21,283 nucleotides of DNA from Microcoleus sp. (GCA_042408215.1 JAYFMW010000002.1:1-21283); one strand, 5' to 3'; shown: positions 7,528 through 17,091, counted from the stretch's first letter. Notes: generated by a model not told the origin, from the letters alone. Numbers and translations: made by a program.

Positions 7528-9903
7528 GTGGCACTAAGCTCCATGAGCAAAAATACTCCAACAATTTCTTACTCAGTTAAGGGTTTGAAGAATTCAGCAG
7601 AAATTCTTATCGATCCTTGGGGAGTACCTCATATCTATGCTTCGTCCTTCTTTGATGCTTTTTTTGTACAAGGATTTAATGCCGCACGCGATCGACTGTG
7701 GCAGATTGACTTGTCGAGACGGCGAGGCTTAGGGCTGCTTTCCGAGGTATTCGGTCCCAATTACCTGGAACAAGACACAGCCACCAGACTGTTTCTCTAT
7801 CGGGGGGATATGCACAAGGAATGGTCAGCCTATGGCTCAAATGCTCAAGACATTGCCACAGCTTTTGTCAATGGCGTGAACGAGTATGTCGAGATAGTAA
7901 ACCAAAACCCCGATCTCATGCCTTGGGAGTTTCAATTACTTGGGTATAAGCCTGCTTTCTGGTCTCCAGAGGATGTGGTTCGGATTCGCACCCACGGATT
8001 TTGGTTTAACCTCGAAAGTGAAGTCACTCGCGCCCAAATTGCCTGTCAGTTCGGTCTCGAAGTCGATGAATTCCGAAAACAACTTGAGCCGGAGTGGAAA
8101 ACGGAAATTCCGCAAGGGTTAGATCCGTGTTTGATTCCTAAAGACGTGCTTCATCTCTACACTCTAGCGAAACAGGGCGTAACCTTCACCAAAGAATCCT
8201 TGGGAGCCGTTGGAGATGATTCTGGTCAGTTCAGCGGACTGTCTGTCGCTCAAAGCATTGAACATTTGGCAGGAGGAAGCAATAACTGGGCAATTTCTCC
8301 CCAATTGACGGCTACGGGTCGTCCAATTCTCGCCAGCGACCCCCATCGAACTCTTTGTGTTCCTTCGCTCCGCTATATCGCCCATCTGGTCGCCCCTGGT
8401 CTAAATGTGATTGGTGCTGGCGAACCAGGCTTACCGGGCATATCCATTGGACACAACGATCGCATAGCCTTCGGTCTGACACTTTTTCCGATCGACCAGG
8501 AAGATTTGTACGTCCACCAGACCAACCCAGACAACCCAAACGAGTATCACTACAAAGGAGGCTGGGAAGCTATACAGATCGTAGAAGAAGAAATCCCCGT
8601 GTGTGGGAGTACACCTGTGAAGGCAACGCTCAAGTTTACCCGTTACGGACCAGTCATTTACGAAGACAAGCAGAAACATACCGCCTTCTCCGTTGGGGCA
8701 GTTTGGCTGCAACCGGGTATGGCTCCCTACTTTGGCAGTATCCAGTATATGCAGGCTACTACCTGGTCAGAGTTTCTCGCCGCCATGAACTCTTGGGGGG
8801 GACCGGCGGTGAATCAGGTCTATGCTGACGTTGATGGCAACATTGGCTGGAAAACAGCGGCACTAGCCCCGATCCGCCCAAATTGGGATGGTTTGCTGCC
8901 AGTACCGGGAGATGGACGCTACGAATGGGCAGGCTTCTACAACATTGATCGACATTTTCCTGTGGAGTACAACCCCAAACGGGGCTGGGTGGCAACAGCC
9001 AACCAAATGAATCTACCGTCAGATTACCCATACAAAGAACGCAAACTGGGATTTGATGAATGGTCAAATCCATGTAGATATCAGCGGATTGCCGAGAACC
9101 TCAACGAGGGTTCGAGTTTAACATTGCTCGATTCTCTGCGCCTGCAAACAGACTTTCTGTCCATTCCTGCTCGGAGGGTAGTAAATCTTCTCCAAGGGCT
9201 GGAGTCAGACAATCTCAAACTTGCCCAAGCTCTAGAAATGCTCAAGAATTGGGATTGTGTGATGGGCATAGAATCAGCCCCTGCCGCTCTGTTTGAAGTA
9301 TGGTTCAGTCAGTATCTGTGTCCGGCAGTTATGGCTAAACTTCTACCGCCTGAAGCACACAAACTAATCGGTGCGGGAGATCCTGCTGTTGCGATCGATG
9401 TGCTGGAAAATCCTGACGTGAGGTTGGGAGTCAATTCGCAGGCGCTTAGGGATGACATTCTCCTGTCTAGTTTAGTAGCCGCAATTGAGAAAGTTGAAAA
9501 AACTCTGGGTCTAGATCGATCGCAATGGGCTTGGGGTAAACTACACTATGTCTTTTTAGAACATCCGCTCTCTAACCTGGTGGATGAGCAAACTAGAGTA
9601 CAGATCGATATAGGGCCAAAGCCAAAGGGAGGCAGTAGTTTTACTGTCAACAAGACCCAGTACCGAACCAACGATTTCCGTACCATCGTCTCTGCTTCAT
9701 TCCGGATGATTCTTGATGTCGGAAACTGGGATAATTCTCTAGCTTTGAACATACCAGGACAGTCAGGAGTTGCAAGTAGCACACACTACAAAGATTTATT
9801 TCCCCTTTATGAACAAGAACAAGCCTTCCCTTTACTGTACAATCGAGAGGCGATCGAGAAAGTTGCTCAGCAGCGAATTGAACTAAAATCTTTAAATCTT
9901 TAA
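7528..9903 (+). CDS. Penicillin acylase family Ntn-hydrolase (peptidase S45), no evident signal peptide
   Basis: DPWGVPHIYA, QGFNAARDRLWQ, GSNNW (autoproteolysis Ser-1beta), ILASDPH, NQVYADVDGNIG, PGQSG; alternative start ATG 7543. Confidence 0.93.
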   Translation: MALSSMSKNTPTISYSVKGLKNSAEILIDPWGVPHIYASSFFDAFFVQGFNAARDRLWQIDLSRRRGLGLLSEVFGPNYLEQDTATRLFLYRGDMHKEWSAYGSNAQDIATAFVNGVNEYVEIVNQNPDLMPWEFQLLGYKPAFWSPEDVVRIRTHGFWFNLESEVTRAQIACQFGLEVDEFRKQLEPEWKTEIPQGLDPCLIPKDVLHLYTLAKQGVTFTKESLGAVGDDSGQFSGLSVAQSIEHLAGGSNNWAISPQLTATGRPILASDPHRTLCVPSLRYIAHLVAPGLNVIGAGEPGLPGISIGHNDRIAFGLTLFPIDQEDLYVHQTNPDNPNEYHYKGGWEAIQIVEEEIPVCGSTPVKATLKFTRYGPVIYEDKQKHTAFSVGAVWLQPGMAPYFGSIQYMQATTWSEFLAAMNSWGGPAVNQVYADVDGNIGWKTAALAPIRPNWDGLLPVPGDGRYEWAGFYNIDRHFPVEYNPKRGWVATANQMNLPSDYPYKERKLGFDEWSNPCRYQRIAENLNEGSSLTLLDSLRLQTDFLSIPARRVVNLLQGLESDNLKLAQALEMLKNWDCVMGIESAPAALFEVWFSQYLCPAVMAKLLPPEAHKLIGAGDPAVAIDVLENPDVRLGVNSQALRDDILLSSLVAAIEKVEKTLGLDRSQWAWGKLHYVFLEHPLSNLVDEQTRVQIDIGPKPKGGSSFTVNKTQYRTNDFRTIVSASFRMILDVGNWDNSLALNIPGQSGVASSTHYKDLFPLYEQEQAFPLLYNREAIEKVAQQRIELKSLNL

Positions 9904-9915
9904 ACTGATATTGAT

Positions 9916-10842
9916 ATGGAAGCATCTCTCAGTAAACCGGACAATGCCTACCCAATCTGTTTTCATAACGGGAATTTTGTTTCATGGGAACAGGCTGTCA
10001 TCCACGCCAATTGCTTGTCAATGCGATATGCGCTGTCAGTGTTTGAAGGAATTCGGCTTTATCGGCAGCCTCCTATTGACGAATTAAAGCCTTTTGCTTT
10101 AGAGGCTCACATCGATCGCCTGGGTAGATCCCTGGCGCTGATGCTTTTACCAGATCCGGGAATTAGCCAGATCGATTCTATTATTAAAGACCTCGTGATT
10201 AAAAACCAAATCATTGAAGACACTTACATTCGAGTAGCCGTCAATACGATAAATTTTGGTGAACTCGCATCGCCACCTACGCCATCCCTCACCGTCACTG
10301 GGACAAAAATGGGGCGCAAGCGATGGTTGGCACAGGGAAAAAAAATGAAAGTTTCTATCAGTAAATGGCAGCGCACTGCTGAGCTAGCCTTTCCCTCTGC
10401 TGCCAAAAATATCTCTAACTATGCAGGACCGCGCTTGGCATTGCTCGAAGCGATCGCGGCAGGATATGACAGTACAATTTTAATCAACCATGAAGGTTAT
10501 CTGTGCGAGGCTCCCACGGCGGCGCTATTTATTATCCAGGATGAAGAAGTTGTGACTCCGCCTTTGAGCGAAGGAATTCTCCCCAGCATTACCCGAAAAA
10601 CTATTTTGCAGTTGTGCGATTTACTCGGCATTCGGGCTACAGAGCGACGCCTGCGTCCGGCTGATGCATACCTCGCTGATGAGGCATTTTTATGCGGCAC
10701 TGGCATAGAAATTGCCCCGATAGCTTCCTTTGACGGACATTCTTTAAAGAAAACGGCAGAATCTCCAATCACAAATAAGATCTGCCAAGCCTATTTTCAG
10801 TTAGTCAGAGGCGAAATAAGCTGTTATACCAATTTAATGTGA
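9916..10842 (+). CDS. PLP-dependent class IV aminotransferase (BCAT/DAAT/ADC-lyase fold)
   Basis: YALSVFEGIR, HIDRL, AAKNISNY (PLP Lys), GILPSITRKT, ADEAFLCGT; 12 nt after the acylase stop. Confidence 0.9.
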   Translation: MEASLSKPDNAYPICFHNGNFVSWEQAVIHANCLSMRYALSVFEGIRLYRQPPIDELKPFALEAHIDRLGRSLALMLLPDPGISQIDSIIKDLVIKNQIIEDTYIRVAVNTINFGELASPPTPSLTVTGTKMGRKRWLAQGKKMKVSISKWQRTAELAFPSAAKNISNYAGPRLALLEAIAAGYDSTILINHEGYLCEAPTAALFIIQDEEVVTPPLSEGILPSITRKTILQLCDLLGIRATERRLRPADAYLADEAFLCGTGIEIAPIASFDGHSLKKTAESPITNKICQAYFQLVRGEISCYTNLM

Positions 10843-11098
10843 AGTTGCACATATCTCGATCCCCCTAAATCCCCCTTAAGAAGGGGGACTTTGAGAAGAA
10901 TCTTGTCCCACCCCCTACTCCCCTTATTAAGGGGGGTTAGGGGGGATCAGATTCTATGCAGCCTCATAAAAAATTGGTATTAGTCATTTAAATCACATCT
11001 TCCGGTGGTTTCGACAGTTCAACAGGCTCAGTGCAACGCTTCGCTCAACCATCTGGTTTGAAAAAATCGAATATGTGATTTAAATGTTCGACAGCTTA
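10817..11098. mobile_element. Two nested MITEs between the aminotransferase and ATP-grasp genes
   Basis: Outer TIR taagctgt[..]gtcatttaaatcacat / atgtgatttaaatgttcgacagctta. Inner element 10826-10980 (ataccaattt..gttgca / tgcagc..aaattggtat) inserted at a TA in the outer left TIR and carrying the CCCCCTTAAGAAGGGGG core. Confidence 0.75.
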
Positions 11099-11146
11099 AC
11101 CAGGCTCTAAATCGAGTTGTTAATTAAAATGGAGATAGGAACGATC

Positions 11147-12514
11147 ATGATCGATTGGTATGCAACGGGAGCAATGCTAGCTTATATTCATCAATTTCGA
11201 TCTCAAGTTTCTGAAATGATGGAGGAGCATCTTTCACAGTCACCTAAGTTCCAGAATATCAGCTACCCAATCACACCATTACCACTGTTTTTATCTGGGG
11301 AAGAACTTGACAACCATCAAAATAAAGTTGAGCGGTATGTGGTTATCCTGGAAAAATTGTGTCGGCTTTACAACGAACACCAAGAAATTCGCGACTATTT
11401 TGGACTCAAACCAGAAGAGGATAAATTAGTTCGGTTAGATTGTGGTTATAACCCCCAGATTCGTATTTGCCGATTAGATGGTTACTTCGATCAAAAAGAT
11501 GGTAGCTTAAAGATTCTGGAGAATAATGCAGATTCTCCCGCAGGCACCCTTTTTACCCCAAGATTAAATGGTTTTGTCAGTCAAGTTATTGAACGGGGGC
11601 TGAAAGATCAAACCATTCAAACTAAAAGTATGCCCTTAGATAATCCCACAACATTCTTGGAGCAACTCCTAGCTACCTACCGGGAGTATGGTGGCACCCA
11701 AGAGCAACCACGACTGGCAATTTTACAGGTTGCGGGCAAGTCAAATATTGAAAGTCAGGAAATGGCACGGGAGTTTACCAAACACGGTATACCAACGTCG
11801 ATCGCAGATCCTAGAGAATTTACTTTTACTCGGACAGGTGCAGAAGTTAACGGTCAACCCATCCATTTTGTCTGGAATAAGATTAACACTTGTTTTTGGG
11901 ATTGGAATTCCCTTCAAGTTGAACATCCGAATTTGCTGTCTGAATGGATAGAGGCTATTTCCGAACGAAAAATCTGCCATGTTAATTCATTTGCCTCTCG
12001 ATATGTAGCAGAAAACAAGCGGTGTATCTCCTTTTTTCAAGAACTCGAATATAAACAGTTTTTCAAAGAGGAAGAACACTCACTATTACAGTCGCTTTTG
12101 CCTTGGTCGCGAAAACTCGAACCTGACAAACAAGTCGTCTATGAAGACAAAGACTGGAATTTGGCAGAACTACTTAGCGATCGACAAGCAGATTTTGTTT
12201 TGAAGCAACCTTATGATATACGCGGAGACGGTGTGACAATTGGACGGAGTGTCGATCGAAAGACGTGGCTCGATCGGATGAGTTTGGGAATGCGCCAAGG
12301 CTTTGTCGTTCAACGCTACATTCAACCGATGACCTATCCAATTATTTCTTTCCAAAGAAAGCCAGTTGTATTACCAATGAATGTCAGCATTGATTCATTT
12401 ATGTTTGGTGGTAGATTGGTAGGGTTTGGTTCTAAAGCCAGCTTGGAAGATAAAGTAAATCTGTTCAAAGGAGGGCAAAAATTAGCGGTAAAAGTTGTAG
12501 AAGCTATAGGGTGA
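11147..12514 (+). CDS. ATP-grasp amide ligase, glutathionylspermidine-synthase-like/circularly permuted type
   Basis: CRLDGY, KILENNADSPAG (ExNxDxP), VLKQPYDIRGDGVTIG, VVQRYI; start at ATG 11147 (GGAG/AGGA upstream) or 11129. Confidence 0.8.
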   Translation: MIDWYATGAMLAYIHQFRSQVSEMMEEHLSQSPKFQNISYPITPLPLFLSGEELDNHQNKVERYVVILEKLCRLYNEHQEIRDYFGLKPEEDKLVRLDCGYNPQIRICRLDGYFDQKDGSLKILENNADSPAGTLFTPRLNGFVSQVIERGLKDQTIQTKSMPLDNPTTFLEQLLATYREYGGTQEQPRLAILQVAGKSNIESQEMAREFTKHGIPTSIADPREFTFTRTGAEVNGQPIHFVWNKINTCFWDWNSLQVEHPNLLSEWIEAISERKICHVNSFASRYVAENKRCISFFQELEYKQFFKEEEHSLLQSLLPWSRKLEPDKQVVYEDKDWNLAELLSDRQADFVLKQPYDIRGDGVTIGRSVDRKTWLDRMSLGMRQGFVVQRYIQPMTYPIISFQRKPVVLPMNVSIDSFMFGGRLVGFGSKASLEDKVNLFKGGQKLAVKVVEAIG

Positions 12515-12524
12515 ACTACTCCAA

Positions 12525-13742
12525 CTAAGCTGACGCTATAGTTGGAGCTTCTGTACTCATAGGCGAGTGCCGCAAATGAGACTTTCGTCCCATCTTTGGT
12601 CTTACCTCCCCTCCTACAGCAGAGGCGGCTGAACCTTCCGCCTTGAGCAATCTGATTCCCTCTGCCCGAATGTTGGTCGCTGCATTGCCATCCCTATCGT
12701 GATGAGTGCCGCAGTGGGGGCAAGTCCATTCCCTCACGCCTAACGGCATCTCACTCATTTGATAGAAACAATTCGAGCAGAGTTTGGAACTAGGGAACCA
12801 TCGATCAATCTCAACTAACTTCCCACCTTTGCGGTCTAACTTATAGGCTAAGAAATTAGTGAACATTCCCCATCCACAGTCAGATATTGCTTTGGCCAAA
12901 TTGTGATTACGAACCATGCCCTTGACATGAAGATTCTCTACGATGACAGCTTGGCTATCGCTGACCAACTTGTAACTAAGTTTATGTAGAAAATCTTGCC
13001 TTGAATTGCTAACCCGTTCGTATACTTTGGCAACAACTTTGCGATATTTATTTCGGGAATTACTCCCTTTTTGTTTCCGGGCTAATTTTTTCTGCTTCCG
13101 TTTCAGGTTTCTCTCGTGTTTGGCAATATGTTTAGGGTTGTCGTATTTAGAAACCTTTTCGCCGTCTGTAACCACAGCGAAATGTTTTAGCCCTAAGTCA
13201 ATCCCATATATTTTGCCTTCTACTGTAGTAGGATTTTCCCCTTCTACTTCCGTCAAAATAGATGCCAAGTATTTACCTGATGGGGTTTTGCTAATAGTGA
13301 CAGTCTTTATTTTCCCCTCAATAGGTCTATGTATCTTGGCTTTAACTACTCCGATTTTACCGGGTAGTTTGACATTGCCTTCAACAACTCCAACGTTTTG
13401 AGGATACTGAATAGACTGTTTACCGTGCTTAGATTTGAACCGAGGGAATCCGGCTCTACCTTCAAAAAAGTTCTTATACGCTGTGGTTAGATTGAGTGTT
13501 GTAGCTTGCAAAACTTGGCTATAACAATCGGCTAGCCAGCGGGTATCTTCTGCTTTTTTGAGTGCTGGTAAAAGGGCATTGAGTGCTGAACGTCCAAGCC
13601 CAAAACCTGTTTCTTTATAAGTTTCAATCGACTTATTCAAAGCATAGTTCCACCACCAACGAGAGCATCCAAATACTTGGGCTAGTAGTGCTTGTTGTTC
13701 TTTTGTTGGGTATAAACGGACTTTTACGGTTTTGTGCAACAC
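12525..13742 (-). CDS. tnpB: RNA-guided endonuclease TnpB (canonical IS605 OrfB)
   Basis: KVRLYPTKEQ HTH; RuvC GIDLGLK, VIVENL, DRDGNAA; CSNC/CPHC zinc finger; AAGGAGG SD upstream. Confidence 0.95.
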   Translation of the reverse strand: MLHKTVKVRLYPTKEQQALLAQVFGCSRWWWNYALNKSIETYKETGFGLGRSALNALLPALKKAEDTRWLADCYSQVLQATTLNLTTAYKNFFEGRAGFPRFKSKHGKQSIQYPQNVGVVEGNVKLPGKIGVVKAKIHRPIEGKIKTVTISKTPSGKYLASILTEVEGENPTTVEGKIYGIDLGLKHFAVVTDGEKVSKYDNPKHIAKHERNLKRKQKKLARKQKGSNSRNKYRKVVAKVYERVSNSRQDFLHKLSYKLVSDSQAVIVENLHVKGMVRNHNLAKAISDCGWGMFTNFLAYKLDRKGGKLVEIDRWFPSSKLCSNCFYQMSEMPLGVREWTCPHCGTHHDRDGNAATNIRAEGIRLLKAEGSAASAVGGEVRPKMGRKSHLRHSPMSTEAPTIASA

Positions 13743-13814
13743 TCAATATCACCTCCTTGGTTTTGGATTATATCACAATATACACTTAGCGATAAGACTA
13801 ATCTAGAAATATTT

Positions 13815-13859
13815 GGAAATTGAGAGGTACATCCTTTATGGATGTACCTCTCAATTTCC
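13815..13859. repeat. Perfect 20-bp inverted repeat inside the IS left region
   Basis: ggaaattgagaggtacatcc-tttat-ggatgtacctctcaatttcc. Confidence 0.85.
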
Positions 13860-13922
13860 CGGCTTATATCCCCACCTAACATTCGTATAGGTGGGGACTT
13901 ACGCCGATTTTGTTAAATTTGG

Positions 13923-15032
13923 CTAACGGCGAATCACGGCTTCTTGAGTCATGTACTGATTCAAGTTCTCCCAGCAAATGGTGCTACCAAATCCAGGTTG
14001 CTCCAAAGGCTGCACCATGCCAGGAGCTACCAACTCAACAGCATCATTCACAATCTCCTGCCGGAAATATCGGTTACTCGCACTGACATCACTAGGATAT
14101 GTAACGTTATCCAAGGTAGCCAGCGCAATGTTTGTCCATCTTCCAATCCCCATTTCATACTTGGCACCTATAAAAATAGGAATTCCAGCCTCCTTGCACG
14201 CATCATGAATTCTTAACGCTTCAGAAATACCCCCCACGCGCCCAATTTTCAGGTTAACAATTCGCGCCACTTTCAATTCGATGATTTGCCGAATATCTTC
14301 TAACGACACTACCGCTTCGTCTAAAGCGATCGGTGTAGTCATTTGCGCTTGGAGTTTTGCCGTTTCATAAAGCGTTCGTGGAGGAAATGGCTGCTCCAGA
14401 CACATTAAGTTAAACCGATCGAAACTTGCTAAGTAGGAAATGTCTGACGGTGAGTAAGCTCCATTAGCATCCGCCAAAAGCGCAATGTCGGGAAATACCG
14501 ATCGGATGGTTTCCAACGGTTCTACATCCCATCCTGGCTTGATCTTGATTTTGAACCTATGATAGCCAGCCTCAAGTGCTTGTTGAAGTTCACCAATCAA
14601 TTCCTCCTTGCTCTGGTGGACACCAATTGTAGCTCCAGACTTTACTGGTCGAAACTCACCGCCGATAAGTTGGTAGAGCGGAACCCCTTGGATTCGACCG
14701 TACAAATCCCAACAAGCACATTCCAAGGCAGCACGTGCTTCGTAATGACCGCGAATGTGAGAGAAAAAATCGGCAACTTGGTTGGGACAATCAATGGTTC
14801 GATCTAGCAGAATTGGTGCAAGATACCTTTGAATCACCAGCCAACAAGTCTCTATAGTTTCGTAGTTATAGTAAGGCGTTTCCATGGCAGTACATTCGCC
14901 ATATCCACTCCTCCCTTCACTTTGAACCTCAACAATGAGCTTAGTCCATTCTTCAAAGCGCTCCCAGCGATTGGAAAACGGACGATGAAGGGGAATCTTC
15001 ACAAATCTCAGCACAATTGTGTCGATATTCAC
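13923..15032 (-). CDS. Enolase-superfamily enzyme, OSBS/N-acylamino acid racemase (NAAAR)-like
   Basis: GYGEC, KIKIKPGWD (KxK), ADANGAY, EQPF, LDE, NLKIGRVGG; GTG start at 15032 overlaps the aldolase TGA (GTGA). Confidence 0.88.
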   Translation of the reverse strand: MNIDTIVLRFVKIPLHRPFSNRWERFEEWTKLIVEVQSEGRSGYGECTAMETPYYNYETIETCWLVIQRYLAPILLDRTIDCPNQVADFFSHIRGHYEARAALECACWDLYGRIQGVPLYQLIGGEFRPVKSGATIGVHQSKEELIGELQQALEAGYHRFKIKIKPGWDVEPLETIRSVFPDIALLADANGAYSPSDISYLASFDRFNLMCLEQPFPPRTLYETAKLQAQMTTPIALDEAVVSLEDIRQIIELKVARIVNLKIGRVGGISEALRIHDACKEAGIPIFIGAKYEMGIGRWTNIALATLDNVTYPSDVSASNRYFRQEIVNDAVELVAPGMVQPLEQPGFGSTICWENLNQYMTQEAVIRR

Positions 15033-16045
15033 AGTAATTTTAACCCACATATAGTTTCATAAAGGCTAACTTCCATCGAGGAATTAACCGCTTCAACTTC
15101 ATTAGTCAACAGCTTTTCCATTAGATTTAATGATGGTAAATTAGCTTCTTTAGCAGTCTCCTCTATTGCTTGAATCTTGTCTATATTTAAGTTCATTATT
15201 GATGAAAGTACATTTTTACATTTGTTGATGCTGTTGAAAGTTAACCATTTATTTATGTACTCTTGTGTTATTTGCGCCAATTGAGAAAGATTGTATGTCG
15301 AACCCTTGCACCAATTCAGGTAAGTAGCAATGAGTTCTGTCCTCAAATTACCTCCCCCTTTGCCCAATCCACCAAGAGTACTATCCAATATGTGGACTCC
15401 TGCATCAATCGCTGCTACTGAGTTGGCAAATGCTAAGCTAAGTCCGTCGTGAGCGTGGAAGCCTATCTGAATAGATAGGTTTTCTGAAAGTTCTCGCACG
15501 GTAGCATAAACCTGAGAGGGAAATAAGCTTCCATTTGAGTCAGCTATGTAGAAAAAATCCGCTCCAAATGCTTCTGACTTCTTTCCATAAGACACGATCG
15601 AGTCTAAGGGGATTTCGCTGACTCTGATCAGATTTACCGAACAAAGCATTCCCCAGTCTTTAATAGCCTCTATATGCTTCCTAACGACATCAAAATTTTC
15701 ATGATTTTCATGTTTCACAACAACTCGAACTAGAGAGATGTTGAGATCGCTTAACATCTTATACTCTTTTAGAGTAACCCGATCCAGATGAACCATAACA
15801 ACCAGTTTGGGCAAAGTTCCTGCATCCATGAAGCCAGCTAAATATTCAGGATCGCTCACTGCTGGTCCTTGTCTGAACCTTCCAGAATAATCAATCTGGC
15901 TCGGTCGATAATATCCCAACTCGGCGTATTCAATATTAGCTTTGCCAAACCCTTTAACAATGCTATAGGCTTCATTGTCGCTAAAGTTATGATCGTTGAC
16001 GTATCCACCGTCTCGAAGAGTCACATCTAACAGTCTAACTGACAT
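15029..16045 (-). CDS. DRE-TIM metalloenzyme, 4-hydroxy-2-oxovalerate aldolase (DmpG)-like
   Basis: LDVTLRDGGY, YIADSNGS, GFHAHDGLSLAFANS, GLGKGGGNL. Confidence 0.85.
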   Translation of the reverse strand: MSVRLLDVTLRDGGYVNDHNFSDNEAYSIVKGFGKANIEYAELGYYRPSQIDYSGRFRQGPAVSDPEYLAGFMDAGTLPKLVVMVHLDRVTLKEYKMLSDLNISLVRVVVKHENHENFDVVRKHIEAIKDWGMLCSVNLIRVSEIPLDSIVSYGKKSEAFGADFFYIADSNGSLFPSQVYATVRELSENLSIQIGFHAHDGLSLAFANSVAAIDAGVHILDSTLGGLGKGGGNLRTELIATYLNWCKGSTYNLSQLAQITQEYINKWLTFNSINKCKNVLSSIMNLNIDKIQAIEETAKEANLPSLNLMEKLLTNEVEAVNSSMEVSLYETICGLKLL

Positions 16046-16156
16046 AAGTAAAGCAATTTGTGGAGATTAACGTTACCTGGATTAATAACTAAAAAGCGAG
16101 CGACACCTCTCTCTAATTTGGTATCGCTTCAGGAATTACATTCGTTTATAGCAATT

Positions 16157-16942
16157 TCACCTTTGAGACACCAATTCTTTTTCCTGCCACAGCTTCCAAC
16201 GAAATGGAGGTTCAGTTGGATTATAGTAACGTTCTAAAATAACATCAAAATGAAGATGCCTCAGATCAATTGCTTTGGCTAAATAGTCAACTGCCTGTTG
16301 CTGTAACTTGGGTGTTGTACAATACAAACGCAGAATTTCTTTAGCTGTACTGGCATGATCGTCTTCCAACTCACTAATATGTTCTTGGTCGCCTTCACTC
16401 GAAGCATGGTGGGTGAAGAAATCATACCCTTTGTGCGGCAGTTGATAAACATCCCGCATCACTTTTTGCATACTTTGCCCTTGAGCATTGATAATTGGAG
16501 GCTGTCCCTCCATTAGTAAAAGCACCGAGGCGACACCAGCACTAAAGTGGACAGTAGAGTCATTACAAACATGAAGATTGTGTTCGATAACCGCACGAGT
16601 TTCTGGTATAATCGGTGCATTTTCAATAGTTTCTTTTGATACACCAACCTGTTCGCCAAAGTCTACAAAAGATTGCAAGTGTCGGCAGGAATTGGTCAAA
16701 GCACCAGTTTCTTCCTCATAAATGTTTGTAATTAGGCCGCATCGGAGTCCGTAATCATCAATTCGGGAAGCTATCCCCAGAATATTTCTCGTCCAAAAGT
16801 TCTTAATAGGCCATCGATTAATGACGAACTCCTGCAAAAGTTTCTGACTAGCTTTACCATCCATAATTAATTGGTAAAGAGGGCTAGTCATCTTCCTGCG
16901 CTCCCAAATCATTTGCTCCAAGGTTTTGATGAAGTCGTTCAC
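16157..16942 (-). CDS. Heme-oxygenase-like diiron oxidase (CADD/PqqC/TenA-like HDO)
   Basis: NIYEEETG...RH, LMEGQ, FFTHH...EDDHA candidate metal-ligand set; start moved to GTG 16942 behind AAGGA. Confidence 0.8.
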   Translation of the reverse strand: MNDFIKTLEQMIWERRKMTSPLYQLIMDGKASQKLLQEFVINRWPIKNFWTRNILGIASRIDDYGLRCGLITNIYEEETGALTNSCRHLQSFVDFGEQVGVSKETIENAPIIPETRAVIEHNLHVCNDSTVHFSAGVASVLLLMEGQPPIINAQGQSMQKVMRDVYQLPHKGYDFFTHHASSEGDQEHISELEDDHASTAKEILRLYCTTPKLQQQAVDYLAKAIDLRHLHFDVILERYYNPTEPPFRWKLWQEKELVSQR

Positions 16943-17091
16943 TAATTTATTCCTTATGCTATGGACGAGGTTAGAAAAAAATGAAAGCAAGTTAGGTAAG
17001 GGTTTGAGGCTAATTGGCACTTGGTGACAGCTACAATAACACATCCCAATGCATATTTGTTTAACTTGTCAGGAATGACCTTCCTTGCTCA

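Larger units (their letters stand above)
12511..13912 (-). mobile_element. Non-autonomous IS200/IS605 (IS1341-type, tnpB-only) element
   Basis: Minus-strand left end TTTAA|CAAAATCGGCGTAAGTCCCCACCTA..TAGGTGGGGA hairpin; right end CTCCAACTA..TAGTTGGAGTAGTTCAC|; no tnpA. Confidence 0.88.

Noticed and set aside
1087..10948. GC-rich palindromes as a CRISPR array
   Set aside because: Dispersed, with no regular repeat-spacer period and no cas genes
13923..15050. menC of menaquinone/phylloquinone synthesis
   Set aside because: No other men genes nearby, specificity motifs are altered, and the gene is coupled to the aldolase
16943..17091. Cys-rich MCYCSCH N-terminal extension, or a RiPP precursor upstream of the HDO
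   Set aside because: A better start is GTG 16942 with an AAGGA RBS; the intergenic ORFs are only ~7 codons with no leader/core features
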